From an uncultured Candidatus Rokubacteria bacterium (lineage in GTDB: Bacteria > Methylomirabilota > Methylomirabilia > Rokubacteriales > CSP1-6): a stretch of DNA of 64,000 nucleotides. The notes beneath the pieces were generated by a model, which was not told the DNA's origin, ran no database searches, and was given only the letters and a program-made list of their open reading frames with translations. Where the stretch lies: NCBI GenBank assembly GCA_963771355.1, contig CAVYTA010000007.1, forward strand, positions 192,001 through 256,000, written 5' to 3'. The translations under genes and the position numbers were made by a program. How positions within the stretch are numbered: the stretch's first letter is position 1; every line of letters begins with the position of its first letter. Shown here in pieces: positions 11,401 to 23,728 of the stretch.

Positions 11401-11661
11401 GCGGCCGTCGCTGGTGTTGGACGACTGCATGTAGATCATGTCGTCGACGCCGTTGACCTCCTGCTCGATCGGCGTGGCCACCGACTGCTCCACCGCCAGC
11501 GCCGAGGCGCCCGGATAGGTGGCCGTGACCCGGATGGTGGGGGGCGCCAGGAAGGGATACTGCTCGATGCTGAGCCCGAGCAATGAGGTGACTCCGAGCA
11601 GGACCGTCAGGATCGCGATGACGATGGCGACGATCGGGCGCCCGATGAAGAACTGAGCCAC
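8494..11661 (-). CDS. RND efflux permease (HAE1/AcrB family)
   Basis: 1055 aa; GIVVDDAIVVVE, GLAAKNAILIVE, RFRPILMT. Confidence 0.97.
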   Translation of the reverse strand: MAQFFIGRPIVAIVIAILTVLLGVTSLLGLSIEQYPFLAPPTIRVTATYPGASALAVEQSVATPIEQEVNGVDDMIYMQSSNTSDGRMLLDVNFKVGVDQDKANVLTQNRVTAAQARLPAEANAQGVTVKKQSPSILMMISLSSPGDTYDSKYLINYCGINLRDQILRIPGIAQVDLFGGSDYGMRIWLRPDKMAKLGLTPADVISAIKEQNLQAPAGRIGAAPSPKDQAFTYTVAAPGRLVTGEEFENIIIRGTEAATQVRIRDVGRAELGSQDYNSFGRLDGKPAGTMAVYLLPGANQLQASKQIYETMARAKGLFPPDMDYKIVYDTTPAVEASIHEIVKTFVEALILVTLVVYIFLQNVRATIIPLLTVPVSLVGTFIFFPMLGFSVNTLSMFGLVLAIGIVVDDAIVVVEAVIHHLEHGMSPRDATVQAMKEVSAPVIGIALILSAVFIPVAFVGGLTGQMYQQFALTIAISVLLSAFSALSLSPALCVMLLKPSHGQMRGPLGAFFRGFNRVFDRATGGYVHVSRLLVRRAVLSVAIVGVVVVGAGLFGRALPTGFIPDEDQGIIGINAQLPPGASLERTGVLLARVEQILAKTEGVDSYATIGGYGAVTNTFQPNFGSIFVRLKPWEERKSAAVHARGIIATLQAQLASIPEAVIFPFNIPTISGFGASSGFKFLLQDRSGTLTVEQLGAEGRKFIAEARQRPELGNLFTSFDPNYPQVKVELDREKARKLGVPINEVFQAMSAAVGGSYVNDFNRFGRLYRVYVQAESEYRRKPGDIGDIYVRSNTTNTMVPLSTLVTITSVPSTEITTRFNLFRSVEISGAPASGFTSGQALAALESTFAQTMPKEMGFAYSGLSYQEKIAPPAAPTLVLAIVAVFLLLAALYESWRLPWAVLLGSPLVALGAFFGVWLMGYDNNVYVQIGLIMLIGLAAKNAILIVEFAKAKQDEGMSIEEAALESARLRFRPILMTAFAFILGVVPLVLASGAGSGAQNVLGTAVFWGMLVATALGVFIIPGNYAFVQGLGRRRAERGRPAVGVPAVPTPQEHS

Positions 11662-11664
11662 TGG

Positions 11665-12960
11665 CTACTTCCCCGCTTGCTTCACTTCGGCCTTGACCTG
11701 CATGCCCGGCCGCACCTTCTGGACCCCGTCGACGATGACCCGCTCGCCGGGCTTGAGCCCGCTCGTGACGATGTAGAACTCGCCGACCCGGTCACTCACG
11801 GTCACGGGCCGGAGCGCCACCTTGTCGCCGTCATCCACCACCAGGACCATTTTGGTGCCTTGCTGCTCCTGCACGGCGAGCGCGGGGACCAGCACGGCGT
11901 TGGGTCGCTCATCCACAACAGCGCGCACGCGCGCGAACTGGCCGGGGCGGAGGGTCCTCGACGGGTTGGGGAACTCCGCGCGCACGCTCATGGTGCCGCT
12001 CTTGTTATCGAGCGCGCGGTCCACGAAGACGACGCGGCCCTTGTGGGGGAAAAGGCTGTCATCGGCCAGGTACAGCTCGAGCTCCGCCCGCGTGCTCTGA
12101 GCCCGGCCCCGGTCGTCGAGGCGGATGCGCGGGGCGAGCCGAAGATAGTCGGCTTCGGCGACGCCGACATCGGCATAGATCGGGTCCACCGAGGAGATCG
12201 TCACGAGCAGCGTGGGCTCGCCCTTGCCCACGAGGTTTCCGCGGTCCACCTGGACTTTGCCGACGATCCCGGTGATGGGGGCCTTGATGGTCGTGTAGCC
12301 GAGATTCAGCTCCGCCTGGGTGATGGCGGCCTTGGCCGACTGGATCGCGGCATCGGCGAGCTGGATCTGGGTGCGCTGGGCGAGCTGGGTATCCTTGAGG
12401 GCAGCCTCGGCCCCTTCCACGCCGGCCGCGGCCACTTTCTCCGAGGCCTGGGCGGTGTCCAGATCCTGCTGCGGGATCGCCCTCGCCTCGGACAGCGGCC
12501 GGTACCGGGCGACGTCACGGCGGGCCTTCTCGAGATCGGCCTTGCGCTGGTCGAGCTGGGCCTGGGCACGCGCGATGATCGAGGCGTCCCGTGCCCTCGT
12601 GGCGTCGGCCTGGGCCTTGGCGAGCTGAGCGCGCGCGGACTCGAGCGCCGCCGCGTATTCCTCGGGCTGGATGACGAAGAGCGTCTGCCCCGCCGTGACC
12701 TGCGTGCCTTCCTCGAACGTCACCCGCTCGATCACACCGGCGATGCGGGCTCTCACTTCCACGGTGGGCACCGCTTCGGTGCGGGCCGTGAAGTCACGCA
12801 CGATGGGCACCGTGTGCTGCACCACCTCGGCCACCACGACTGGGGTCGGCGGCGGGGGAGCCTTCTCGGCGCTCTTGGCGCGGTCGCAGGCGGCAGTGGT
12901 GGCGACAAGCAGGCCGACCGCCATCAGGCTTTTCGCCAGTCCATTGCGAAACATTTTCAT
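11665..12960 (-). CDS. RND efflux periplasmic adaptor (MFP)
   Basis: Lipoprotein-like N-terminus; VEVRARIAG, LGYTTIKAPITG, LRPGQFARV. Confidence 0.95.
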   Translation of the reverse strand: MKMFRNGLAKSLMAVGLLVATTAACDRAKSAEKAPPPPTPVVVAEVVQHTVPIVRDFTARTEAVPTVEVRARIAGVIERVTFEEGTQVTAGQTLFVIQPEEYAAALESARAQLAKAQADATRARDASIIARAQAQLDQRKADLEKARRDVARYRPLSEARAIPQQDLDTAQASEKVAAAGVEGAEAALKDTQLAQRTQIQLADAAIQSAKAAITQAELNLGYTTIKAPITGIVGKVQVDRGNLVGKGEPTLLVTISSVDPIYADVGVAEADYLRLAPRIRLDDRGRAQSTRAELELYLADDSLFPHKGRVVFVDRALDNKSGTMSVRAEFPNPSRTLRPGQFARVRAVVDERPNAVLVPALAVQEQQGTKMVLVVDDGDKVALRPVTVSDRVGEFYIVTSGLKPGERVIVDGVQKVRPGMQVKAEVKQAGK

Positions 12961-13097
12961 GACCCTTCCCCTTGATTGGGGCGCGCCCGTTACGCCCAGA
13001 TCCTTGCGGAGTCGTCGATGCCGAAATCGCCAATCCGAACATCCGGCCCCTCGACCCCCTCGCCCGCAAAAGCTCTCAGACTGGGCTCCTCGGGTCT

Positions 13098-13115
13098 ATA
13101 GGACTTTCGTCCTAG
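13098..13115. promoter_or_regulatory. Palindromic motif copy 1, ATAGGAC TTTC GTCCTAG
   Basis: Intergenic, upstream of the RND operon. Confidence 0.7.
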
Positions 13116-13255
13116 AAGATCCTTGGTCTATCGTCCTACCGAATCGGGATCGGCGATTTGCGCGTCTCGGCCGGGCTGATTTCCTTCGCGGGAATGGGCC
13201 GCTAGGGACCCAGGCTCCAACAGATCAGGGTGGCGCAGGGCACGGGGTCGGAATA

Positions 13256-13273
13256 GTGGGACCTTGGTCCTAT
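13256..13273. promoter_or_regulatory. Palindromic motif copy 2, GTGGGAC CTTG GTCCTAT
   Basis: Intergenic, upstream of AI-2E transporter/GH63/GH13 operon. Confidence 0.75.
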
Positions 13274-13284
13274 ACCAAGCCTGC

Positions 13285-13317
13285 GGGGCCTTGTGTTGGG
13301 TAGGGGCCTTGTGTTGG
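13285..13317 (+). repeat. 15-bp direct repeat GGGGCCTTGTGTTGG x2
   Basis: Exact copies at 13285-13299 and 13303-13317. Confidence 0.85.
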
Positions 13318-13345
13318 TATACGTGGCGCCGATGGCCGGACGTTC

Positions 13346-14443
13346 ATGGCCGTGAAGTCGGAGACCGCCGCGTCCTTGTCGTGGGACGTCACCCGAATTC
13401 TGCTCGCGGTGGTAACGCTTGGTGGGCTGATCGCCGCGACGTTCTGGGTGCTCCGGCCGTTTCTACCCGCGCTGATCTGGGCCACCATGATCGTCGTGGC
13501 CACGTGGCCCATGATGAGAGCGGTGCAGAGGCGTCTGGGGGGCCGACGCGTCCTCGCGGTGATCGTGATGACGGCGGGGATGGTCGTGATCGTGGTGGCC
13601 CCGATCGCGGTTGGCATCGTGGTCGTCGTCCAGCATGCTGGCGACGTGGTGGAGTGGTCGAAGTCGCTGTCGGCGAGCGTCGCGGCGGGACCACCGGCCG
13701 GGTTGAGCGATCTGCCGCTGGTGGGCAAGAGGCTCGCGAGCGAGTGGGAGAAGATCGCCTCGGCGCGGCCAGAGGACCTGGCCGCTCAGGTCAGGCCCTA
13801 CCTCGCCGATGTCGGCCGCTGGATTGTCGGCCGGGCGGGAAGCCTCGGCGTCCTCCTGATCCAGCTCGTCCTGACCGTGGGGGTCTCCGCGATGCTCTAT
13901 GCCCGGGGGGAAACGGTGGCGGCGGGCGTGCGGGCGTTCGCACGCCGGCTGGCCGGCGACTCGGGCGACGAGGTCGTCGTGCTCTCCGCTCAGGCGATCC
14001 GCGCCGTCGCCCTGGGCATCGTCGTCACCGCGGTGGTTCAGTCGGCGATCGGTGGCATCGGTCTCGCCATCACCGGGGCCCCCTATGCGGTGCTGCTGAC
14101 CGCGGTGATGTTCCTGCTCGCGGTGGCGCAAATTGGCGCGGGGCCGGTCCTGTTCGGCGCCGTGATCTGGCTCTACTGGAAGGACGAGACGCTCTGGGCC
14201 ATCGTGATGCTCGGGTGGGCGGTCATCACGGTCAGCCTCGACAATGTCCTGCGCCCGATACTCATCAAGAGAGGCGCCGACCTGCCGCTCGTCCTGATCT
14301 TCGCCGGGGTGCTCGGGGGCCTGCTCGCGTTCGGCATCATTGGCCTGTTCGTCGGACCGGTCGTACTCGCGGTGACCTACACGCTTCTGGTGGCGTGGGT
14401 CGCCCAGGGCAACCGGGCGACCCCGCGCGACGAGAGTCCCTGA
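13346..14443 (+). CDS. ydiK: AI-2E family transporter (YdiK-like)
   Basis: PFLPALIWA, DNVLRPILIKRGADLP, GIIGLFVGPVVLAV. Confidence 0.9.
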   Translation: MAVKSETAASLSWDVTRILLAVVTLGGLIAATFWVLRPFLPALIWATMIVVATWPMMRAVQRRLGGRRVLAVIVMTAGMVVIVVAPIAVGIVVVVQHAGDVVEWSKSLSASVAAGPPAGLSDLPLVGKRLASEWEKIASARPEDLAAQVRPYLADVGRWIVGRAGSLGVLLIQLVLTVGVSAMLYARGETVAAGVRAFARRLAGDSGDEVVVLSAQAIRAVALGIVVTAVVQSAIGGIGLAITGAPYAVLLTAVMFLLAVAQIGAGPVLFGAVIWLYWKDETLWAIVMLGWAVITVSLDNVLRPILIKRGADLPLVLIFAGVLGGLLAFGIIGLFVGPVVLAVTYTLLVAWVAQGNRATPRDESP

Positions 14444-14460
14444 GTCAAGGAGGGCTGCAG

Positions 14461-17196
<2,736 letters not shown>

Positions 17197-17197
17197 C

Positions 17198-18655
17198 ATG
17201 CTCTATCAGATCAATACTCGCGTCTGGCTGACAGAGTTGTCCCGGGCGCTGGGCCGGCCGGCCACCCTGGATGATGTGCCGGAGGCCGAGCTGGACCGTG
17301 TCGCCGGGATGGGGTTCGACTGGGTGTGGCTGCTGAGCCTGTGGCGCACCGGGCCGGCCGGGCAGCGGGTGTCGCGTGCTCGTCCCGAGTGGCGGAGGGA
17401 GTTCGAGGAGACGCTGCCGGACCTGCGCGACGAGGACATCGCCGGATCCGGCTTCGCGATCACCGGCTACACCGTGCATCCGGACCTCGGCGGCGACGCG
17501 GCCCTGGCGCGCCTGCGCGAGCGCCTCCGGGCGCGCGGCCTCCGGCTGATGCTCGACTTCGTCCCGAACCACACCGGCCTGGATCACCCCTGGGTGGAGG
17601 ACCACCCCGAGTACTACATCGCGGGGACCGACGTCGATCTGGCGCGGGCGCCCCAGAACTACACGTGGGTGAAGCGGCGACGGGGCGACCTCCTGCTCGC
17701 CCATGGCCGGGACCCGTACTTCGACGGCTGGCCGGACACGCTGCAGCTCGACTACGGCAATCCGGCCACCCAGGAGGCGATGATCGGCGAGCTGCTCAAG
17801 ATCGCCGGCCAATGTGACGGGGTGCGCTGTGACATGGCGATGCTCGTCCTGCCGGACGTCTTCGACCGGACCTGGGGGCAGCGCGCCCCGCTGTTCTGGC
17901 CGGAGGCCACGCGGCGGGTTCGGGAGCGGGTGCCGGGGTTCCGCTTCATGGCCGAGGTCTACTGGGACCTCGAGTGGGCGATGCTCGAGCAGGGGTTCGA
18001 CTACGCCTACGACAAGCGGCTGTACGACCGCCTCCGTGAGGGGCACGCGCGGCCGGTGCGCGAGCACCTGCGGGCCGGGCTCGACTTCCAGCGCCGGCTC
18101 GCCCGGTTCCTGGAGAACCACGACGAGCCCCGGGCCGCGGCGACCTTCGCGCCGGCCATGCACGAGGCCGCGGCCATCATCACGTTTCTGTCGCCGGGCC
18201 TGCGGTTCTTCCACGAGGGGCAGCTCGAGGGGCGCCGGAAGCGCATCTCGCCCCACCTGGTGCGCGCGCCCCTGGAACCGGCCGACGCTGCGCTGCACCA
18301 GTTCTACGACGGTCTCCTGGCGGTGCTCCGGCAGCCGATCGTTCGCGATGGCCAGTGGCGCCTGCTCGACTGCGCGCCGGCCTGGGAGGGCAACTGGACG
18401 TCGGACGGTTTCATCGTCTGGTCCTGGCAGGCTCGGGACGGCCTGCAACGGCTGATCGCGGTCAACTACGCCGGGAACCAGAGCCAGTGCTACGTGCGTC
18501 TCCCGTTTCCCGAGCTGAGCGGCCATACGGTGCAGCTCAAGGATCTGACGGGGCCCGCCAGCTACGATCGCGATGGCAGTGACCTGGTGTCACGGGGCCT
18601 CTATCTCAACCTGCCGCCCTGGGGGTACCACGTCTTCGAGGTGACCGCAGTGTGA
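17198..18655 (+). CDS. Alpha-amylase family glycoside hydrolase (GH13)
   Basis: LDFVPNH, DGVRCDMA, FMAEVY, FLENHDE. Confidence 0.92.
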   Translation: MLYQINTRVWLTELSRALGRPATLDDVPEAELDRVAGMGFDWVWLLSLWRTGPAGQRVSRARPEWRREFEETLPDLRDEDIAGSGFAITGYTVHPDLGGDAALARLRERLRARGLRLMLDFVPNHTGLDHPWVEDHPEYYIAGTDVDLARAPQNYTWVKRRRGDLLLAHGRDPYFDGWPDTLQLDYGNPATQEAMIGELLKIAGQCDGVRCDMAMLVLPDVFDRTWGQRAPLFWPEATRRVRERVPGFRFMAEVYWDLEWAMLEQGFDYAYDKRLYDRLREGHARPVREHLRAGLDFQRRLARFLENHDEPRAAATFAPAMHEAAAIITFLSPGLRFFHEGQLEGRRKRISPHLVRAPLEPADAALHQFYDGLLAVLRQPIVRDGQWRLLDCAPAWEGNWTSDGFIVWSWQARDGLQRLIAVNYAGNQSQCYVRLPFPELSGHTVQLKDLTGPASYDRDGSDLVSRGLYLNLPPWGYHVFEVTAV

Positions 18656-18708
18656 CGAAACGCTTGTCAAATCCGATCGCACCGACCTCGAGGCGACATA
18701 CCGGCTAG

Positions 18709-18734
18709 CGCGCGAGGCCCGGGGGCCTCGCGCG
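18709..18734. terminator. Perfect GC-rich inverted repeat between convergent genes
   Basis: CGCGCGAGGCCC-GG-GGGCCTCGCGCG; no U-tract. Confidence 0.5.
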
Positions 18735-18750
18735 AGGGCGGCCTCGACAC

Positions 18751-18783
18751 GTCTGGGTCTTGTAGAAGGCGCCGAGGTCGCCG
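18751..18783 (-). pseudogene. 33-bp remnant of the 3' end of the DUF2147 gene
   Basis: 31/33 identical to 21783-21815. Confidence 0.7.
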
Positions 18784-18813
18784 CCGAGGATCAGGTTCGC
18801 GCGTTGGCAACCC

Positions 18814-21546
18814 TCAATCCCCGCCCTTCTTTTCTCCGCCCACTTGCTGCCTCACGAGTCGAGCGAACTCTTGCGCGAGTTCCTTCTCCAGATCCTTGGT
18901 TTCGACACGCCCGAACAGGTCGAGAAGGCGAGCGACCGACCCCGTCCACCCCGTCTGGTGGCTGGCGCCGAGCCCTGCTCCATTGTCACCGTGGAAGTAT
19001 TCGTAGAAGAGGATCAGATCGCGCCAGTGCGGATCGTCCTGGAACTTGGCAGTCCCTCCGTATACCGGCCGCCGTCCGGTGGCGTCGCGCAGGAACGTAC
19101 TGGCCAGCCGGCGGGAGAGTTCTCGGGCCACTTCGAAGAGCGTCATGTACGGCCCCGTGCCCGTCGGACATTGAACCTTGAACTCATCGCCATAGAAGCT
19201 ATACAGGTTCAAGAGCGCGCGGATCAGCAGGGCATTGACGGGCATCCAGACGGGGCCCCGCCAGTTGGAGTTGCCTCCGAACATCCCGGTATTCGATTCG
19301 CCAGGCAGGTACTGGACCTTGTATTCCTCACCGCCGACGTGAAACACGAACGGATGCCCCAGGTGATACCGGGAGACTGAGCGAATACCGTGGGGCCCGA
19401 GAAACTCCTTCTCGTCGAGCATGTAGGCAAGCACCCGCTCCAGCTTCTGCTTGTTGAGGATCGACAAGAGACGCCGTCCTTTATAACCGACAAACCCCTC
19501 GTCGGTCGGGGCCAGATGGGACACGACCTCCGGATGGCGTTTCCGGAACAGGGCGATCATTTCCATCAGCTTCGGATAGCGTGTGCCCGCATCCCCATCG
19601 AACACCGTCGACGCACACAGCGGCAGGAGCCCCACCAGCGACCGCACTTTCAGACGCGTCGCCTGGCCGTCGGGCAGCCGCAACAGGTCGTAGAAGAACC
19701 CGTCCTGTTCATCCCACATCTCGTCCTGATGCTCGCCGATGCGGTCCATCGCATACGAGATCCAACAAAAATGTTCGACGAACTTGTAGGCGATCTCTTC
19801 GTACCACGAGTCGTATTCGGTGAGAATGAGGGCTATCTCCACCATATTTTGGCAGTAAAATGCCATCCAGGCCGTCCCGTCCGCCTGCTCCAGGGAGCCG
19901 CCCGTGGGGAGCTGGGCACTCCGGTCGAATACGCCGATGTTGTCGAGCCCTAGAAATCCCCCGGCGAACACGTTGCGCCCGGCGGGGTCCTTGCGGTTGA
20001 CCCACCAGCTGAAGTTCAGCATCAACCCCTGAAACGATCGTTCCAGGAACCGAAGGTCCGCCCGGCCGAGCGTCCGCTCCATCTTGTAGAGGAAGAGGGT
20101 GGCCCAGGCGTGCACCGGGGGATTCACATCGCTGAAGTTCCACTCGTAGGCGGGAATTTGCCCATTGGGGTGGGCATAAAGACCGCGCAGCATCAGCAGC
20201 AGCTGCTCCTTGGCGAAATCGAAGTCCACCAGCGACAGGGAGATCGTGTGGAAGGCCAGGTCCCAGGCCGCGTACCACGGGTACTCCCACTTGTCCGGCA
20301 TCGAGATCACGTCGGCGTTCAGCATGTGGAACCATTCCGTGTTCCGCACGCCGAGCCGACCGGCTCCCATCAGCGGATGACTCCGGTGCTCCTGAAGCCA
20401 TCGATCCAGGTCGAAGTAGTAGTACTGTTTGCTCCACAGCATGCCCGCCAGCGCCTGGCGGTGCACCCGGCGTTCATCTTCGTTCAGCGAGACCGGAGAG
20501 ATCCGGTCGTAGAACTCGTCGGCGTCGGCGATCCGGCTCTTGAACACCTTGTCGAAACCGCCAAAGGCCCTATCCGTCTTGGTTGCGGCCAGACGGAGGC
20601 GGACGGTCGCGCTTCCGCCTCCGGGCACGTCGAGGACATAGTGGGCCGCCGCCTTGGTCCCGACCTTGGCGGGGTTGACCGCCTCGGCGCGGCCCGAGAC
20701 GACGTATTCGTGGAAGGAGTCCTTGACGTAGGGGGTCGCATTGGGCTGGCCCCAGAGACGGGAGGCGTTGCTCTCATTCTCGGTGAAGAGCAGCTCCGGC
20801 GCCCCATCGCACAGCAGCCAGTACTCGCCGAGCTCCTGGTGGATGGCCTGGATCGCTCCGGGCGCTACCGCGTGTAGAGACGGTCTCGGCTGACCCTCGT
20901 CCCAGGACCAGGTGTTGCGAAACCACAGGGTCGGCAGGACGCGAAGCCGGGCCGCCTCGGGCCCGCGATTGTGCACGGTGATGCGGACGAGGATGTCTTC
21001 CGGGCTCTCCTTCGCGTACTCCACGAACACGTCGAAGTATCGGTCGTCGCCGAACACACCGGTATCGAGCAGCTCGTACTCGAACTCCTCTCGCGATCGC
21101 CGCCGGTTCGTCTCGATCAGATCCCGGTAGGGATACTCCCGCTGCGGGTACTTGTAGAGATACTTCATGTACGAGTGGGTGGGCGTGCTGTCGAGGTAGA
21201 AGTAGTACTCCTTGACGTCCTCGCCATGGTTCGCCTCACTGTTGGTGAGTCCGAACAGGCGCTCTTTCAGGATGGGGTCCCGCTCGTTCCACAGCGCCAG
21301 CGCGAAACACAGCCGTTGCTTGTCATCGCAGAGCCCGCCGAGCCCGTCCTCGCCCCACCGGTAGGCTCGGGAGCGGGCCTGATCATGGGGGAAATAGTCC
21401 CAAGCGTTGCCGTCGTTGCTGTAGTCCTCGCGGACCGTTCCCCACTGACGCTCGCTAAGGTAGGGTCCCCATTTCTTCCAGGGGATTTGCGCCTCGCGCG
21501 CCTCGTTCAAGCGCTTTTGCTCGGTGACATCCACCAAAGTGGCCAT
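18814..21546 (-). CDS. GH63/MGH1-like glucosidase, copy 2
   Basis: Same motifs as copy 1; GGAGG RBS. Confidence 0.93.
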   Translation of the reverse strand: MATLVDVTEQKRLNEAREAQIPWKKWGPYLSERQWGTVREDYSNDGNAWDYFPHDQARSRAYRWGEDGLGGLCDDKQRLCFALALWNERDPILKERLFGLTNSEANHGEDVKEYYFYLDSTPTHSYMKYLYKYPQREYPYRDLIETNRRRSREEFEYELLDTGVFGDDRYFDVFVEYAKESPEDILVRITVHNRGPEAARLRVLPTLWFRNTWSWDEGQPRPSLHAVAPGAIQAIHQELGEYWLLCDGAPELLFTENESNASRLWGQPNATPYVKDSFHEYVVSGRAEAVNPAKVGTKAAAHYVLDVPGGGSATVRLRLAATKTDRAFGGFDKVFKSRIADADEFYDRISPVSLNEDERRVHRQALAGMLWSKQYYYFDLDRWLQEHRSHPLMGAGRLGVRNTEWFHMLNADVISMPDKWEYPWYAAWDLAFHTISLSLVDFDFAKEQLLLMLRGLYAHPNGQIPAYEWNFSDVNPPVHAWATLFLYKMERTLGRADLRFLERSFQGLMLNFSWWVNRKDPAGRNVFAGGFLGLDNIGVFDRSAQLPTGGSLEQADGTAWMAFYCQNMVEIALILTEYDSWYEEIAYKFVEHFCWISYAMDRIGEHQDEMWDEQDGFFYDLLRLPDGQATRLKVRSLVGLLPLCASTVFDGDAGTRYPKLMEMIALFRKRHPEVVSHLAPTDEGFVGYKGRRLLSILNKQKLERVLAYMLDEKEFLGPHGIRSVSRYHLGHPFVFHVGGEEYKVQYLPGESNTGMFGGNSNWRGPVWMPVNALLIRALLNLYSFYGDEFKVQCPTGTGPYMTLFEVARELSRRLASTFLRDATGRRPVYGGTAKFQDDPHWRDLILFYEYFHGDNGAGLGASHQTGWTGSVARLLDLFGRVETKDLEKELAQEFARLVRQQVGGEKKGGD

Positions 21547-21743
21547 GTCCTGCCTCCTCTAATTGAGTCAACGGCCGATGCGAAGGCTCACGATGGCCTC
21601 ACACGCCTGATTGCGCGCGGGTGACGGCTTCGTCGGCCACCATTCGCTCATCATGAGATCCTCCTGGTCAGTGCTCGACCGCCGTCGTACCGGAGCAGGC
21701 TGACTGAGCAGGCCGACTACAGGGGCCACCCGGAACCAATTAC

Positions 21744-21761
21744 ATAGGACCTTGGTCCCAA
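21744..21761. promoter_or_regulatory. Palindromic motif copy 3, ATAGGAC CTTG GTCCCAA
   Basis: Upstream of GH63 copy 2. Confidence 0.75.
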
Positions 21762-21763
21762 GC

Positions 21764-22198
21764 TCAACTGCCCTTGACCCATGTCTGGGTCTTGTAGAAG
21801 ACGCCGAGGTAGCCGCGCACCTTGAGCTTGCCGTCCTCGTTCCAGACCTCCGCCTTGTAGATCTTGCCGTCCTCCGGGTCCAGGATGGTGCCGCCCTTGA
21901 AGCGATCCCCGTCCGGCTTGAGGTCTCTGATGATGACGAGGCCGATGATCGGCTTGTCCTTGTCGTCGCCCTTGCAGGCGGTGCAGGTCTTGGGCTTGCC
22001 CGCCTTGTCATTGGGCTCGGTCAGGCCCGTGATCGTGCCGGTGAGCTTGCCGCCCTGCTCGGTGATCTGCACCTCGGATACCGGCTTGCCGGTCTTCTCG
22101 TCGATCGTCTGCCACTTGCCGACCGGTGCCTCGGCCGCCGCGGCAAGGCCGACACCGGCCACCAGGCCCAGAACCATCAATCCCCAAGTCCGCCTCAT
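21764..22198 (-). CDS. DUF2147 family secreted protein
   Basis: Signal peptide; GKWQTIDEKTG, CTAC, GGTILDPEDGKIY, KVRGYLG...TQTW; ATG 22198 after GGAGGA. Confidence 0.88.
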   Translation of the reverse strand: MRRTWGLMVLGLVAGVGLAAAAEAPVGKWQTIDEKTGKPVSEVQITEQGGKLTGTITGLTEPNDKAGKPKTCTACKGDDKDKPIIGLVIIRDLKPDGDRFKGGTILDPEDGKIYKAEVWNEDGKLKVRGYLGVFYKTQTWVKGS

Positions 22199-22221
22199 GG
22201 ACAGTCCTCCTCTCAGGTCAG

Positions 22222-22482
22222 TCAGTTCTGGAAAATCTTGGTCGACTCCACGGTGACGGCCTTGCCCCACCAGTTCTGGGTCTGGGCCGCGGCCACATCG
22301 GACCGGGTCACCTTCGGATCGGCATCCTGCGCACCATTGCGGATCGAGAACCCCATGTGCTGGTCCGACGCGAAGTGGGAGGTATGGGCGCGCCACTCGC
22401 CCCATTCTTCGGCTGTCGCGCAGCCACTGGCCACCATGATGCCGCCGCCCAACAGCAGTGCCCTCATTGCTCGTCTGCTCAT
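22222..22482 (-). CDS. Small lipoprotein, unknown function
   Basis: Lipobox VASGC; GGGGAG RBS; motif site upstream. Confidence 0.7.
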   Translation of the reverse strand: MSRRAMRALLLGGGIMVASGCATAEEWGEWRAHTSHFASDQHMGFSIRNGAQDADPKVTRSDVAAAQTQNWWGKAVTVESTKIFQN

Positions 22483-22563
22483 CGCGCTCCCCCAAGGTGA
22501 AGATTGAAATACCGCCACGGTTCAGCCGCGGCTGAGACTAGCGCCGGAGGCGAAGCCACGCCT

Positions 22564-22581
22564 ATAGGACCAAGGACCCGC
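22564..22581. promoter_or_regulatory. Palindromic motif copy 4, ATAGGAC CAAG GACCCGC
   Basis: Upstream of lipoprotein/DUF2147 unit. Confidence 0.65.
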
Positions 22582-22665
22582 CGCGTGGGCAAGCGGGTTT
22601 TCAAGAGCCGACGCGCAAAACACCGGAGCTAGAGTCCTCACCTGACTTCAGTGGTGAGGGAGCTC

Positions 22666-23715
22666 TCACACCTCGGCGAACTGGACGACCACCTTGATGT
22701 CTTCCGGCGTCCGCTGCAAGGCGCGCGCAAAGTCGTTCGGTCGCTCGCGTCGCGTCACGAGCTGGGCTAGCCAAGCGCGGTCTGCGCGGGCCAGGGCTTC
22801 TCCGGCCTTGTACCAGTGCCGCTTGTTGGCATTGACGCTGCCGATAACGACGTTGTTCCGCAACACCGCCCCCGCCGCCACGTCTGCCGTGCCGGGCCCG
22901 GTAGTGGAGCCGCCGGTGCCAATGCCGGTGAGACACACGGTGCCGCCTGCCGCAATGGATCGAATCGAGTCGGCAATCACCTGCCCGACGCCCGTGCATT
23001 CAATGATAACGTCCGGCTCGAATCCGATGCCGGCCACGGTGCCGGTGTGGTAGCTAGCACCGAGGGAGCGGACGAGTTCCGGCTTGGTTCCAGAATCAGC
23101 CCGATCAAGGACGTGAATGTCCAGACCGCGCTGCTTCCCGAGAAGGGCAGCGAGAAGACCGATCGGCCCCGCCCCCGTTATCAGCACAGTCCGGGGCTCC
23201 CAGAAGGCGCGCCGGCCGACCACGACGATCTGTTCCCAGGCCTTGGTGACTACAGTTGTGGGCTCCAGCAGGACACCGAGGAGCCCGAGCGAACTGTCCA
23301 CCTTCATCGCGTAGTCGGGTTCGATCCGCCAGCGCTCGGACATGAACCCGTCGATCTGCTTGATGCCACGCTCGGTGTACTGGCCGTTGCGGCACATGTC
23401 CCACTCGCCCACCGCACAGTTCGGGCAAGGGACGGGGTCTGGACGGCGGACGATCCCCACCACCAGGTCGTCCTTCTTGAGCCCGCCGGTAGGCCCCGGG
23501 TCCACCACGCGGCCCAGGGATTCGTGGCCCAACACCAAACGCGCCTTGCCGCGAGGAGCCCAGCCGTACTTGCCTTCCACGATCTCGACGTCGGTCCCGC
23601 AAACCCCGACGGCGATGGCTTCCACGAGTACCGAGCCGTCGCGCGCCTCAGGCTCTGCCACGTCCTCCAAGCGTGCGGTCCCGGGCTTCTTCGGCTCTAC
23701 CGTGATTGCCTTCAT
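22666..23715 (-). CDS. Zn-dependent glucose 1-dehydrogenase (MDR family)
   Basis: GVCGTD, LGHES, CPNC...C, TERGIKQIDG, GAGPIG, GSVNAN. Confidence 0.88.
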   Translation of the reverse strand: MKAITVEPKKPGTARLEDVAEPEARDGSVLVEAIAVGVCGTDVEIVEGKYGWAPRGKARLVLGHESLGRVVDPGPTGGLKKDDLVVGIVRRPDPVPCPNCAVGEWDMCRNGQYTERGIKQIDGFMSERWRIEPDYAMKVDSSLGLLGVLLEPTTVVTKAWEQIVVVGRRAFWEPRTVLITGAGPIGLLAALLGKQRGLDIHVLDRADSGTKPELVRSLGASYHTGTVAGIGFEPDVIIECTGVGQVIADSIRSIAAGGTVCLTGIGTGGSTTGPGTADVAAGAVLRNNVVIGSVNANKRHWYKAGEALARADRAWLAQLVTRRERPNDFARALQRTPEDIKVVVQFAEV

Positions 23716-23728
23716 TGGCTTAGAGCGG

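Noticed and set aside
13264..14460. N-terminal extension of the 1310-aa ORF
   Set aside because: Off-frame overlap with ydiK; the real GH63 start is ATG 14461 with an RBS
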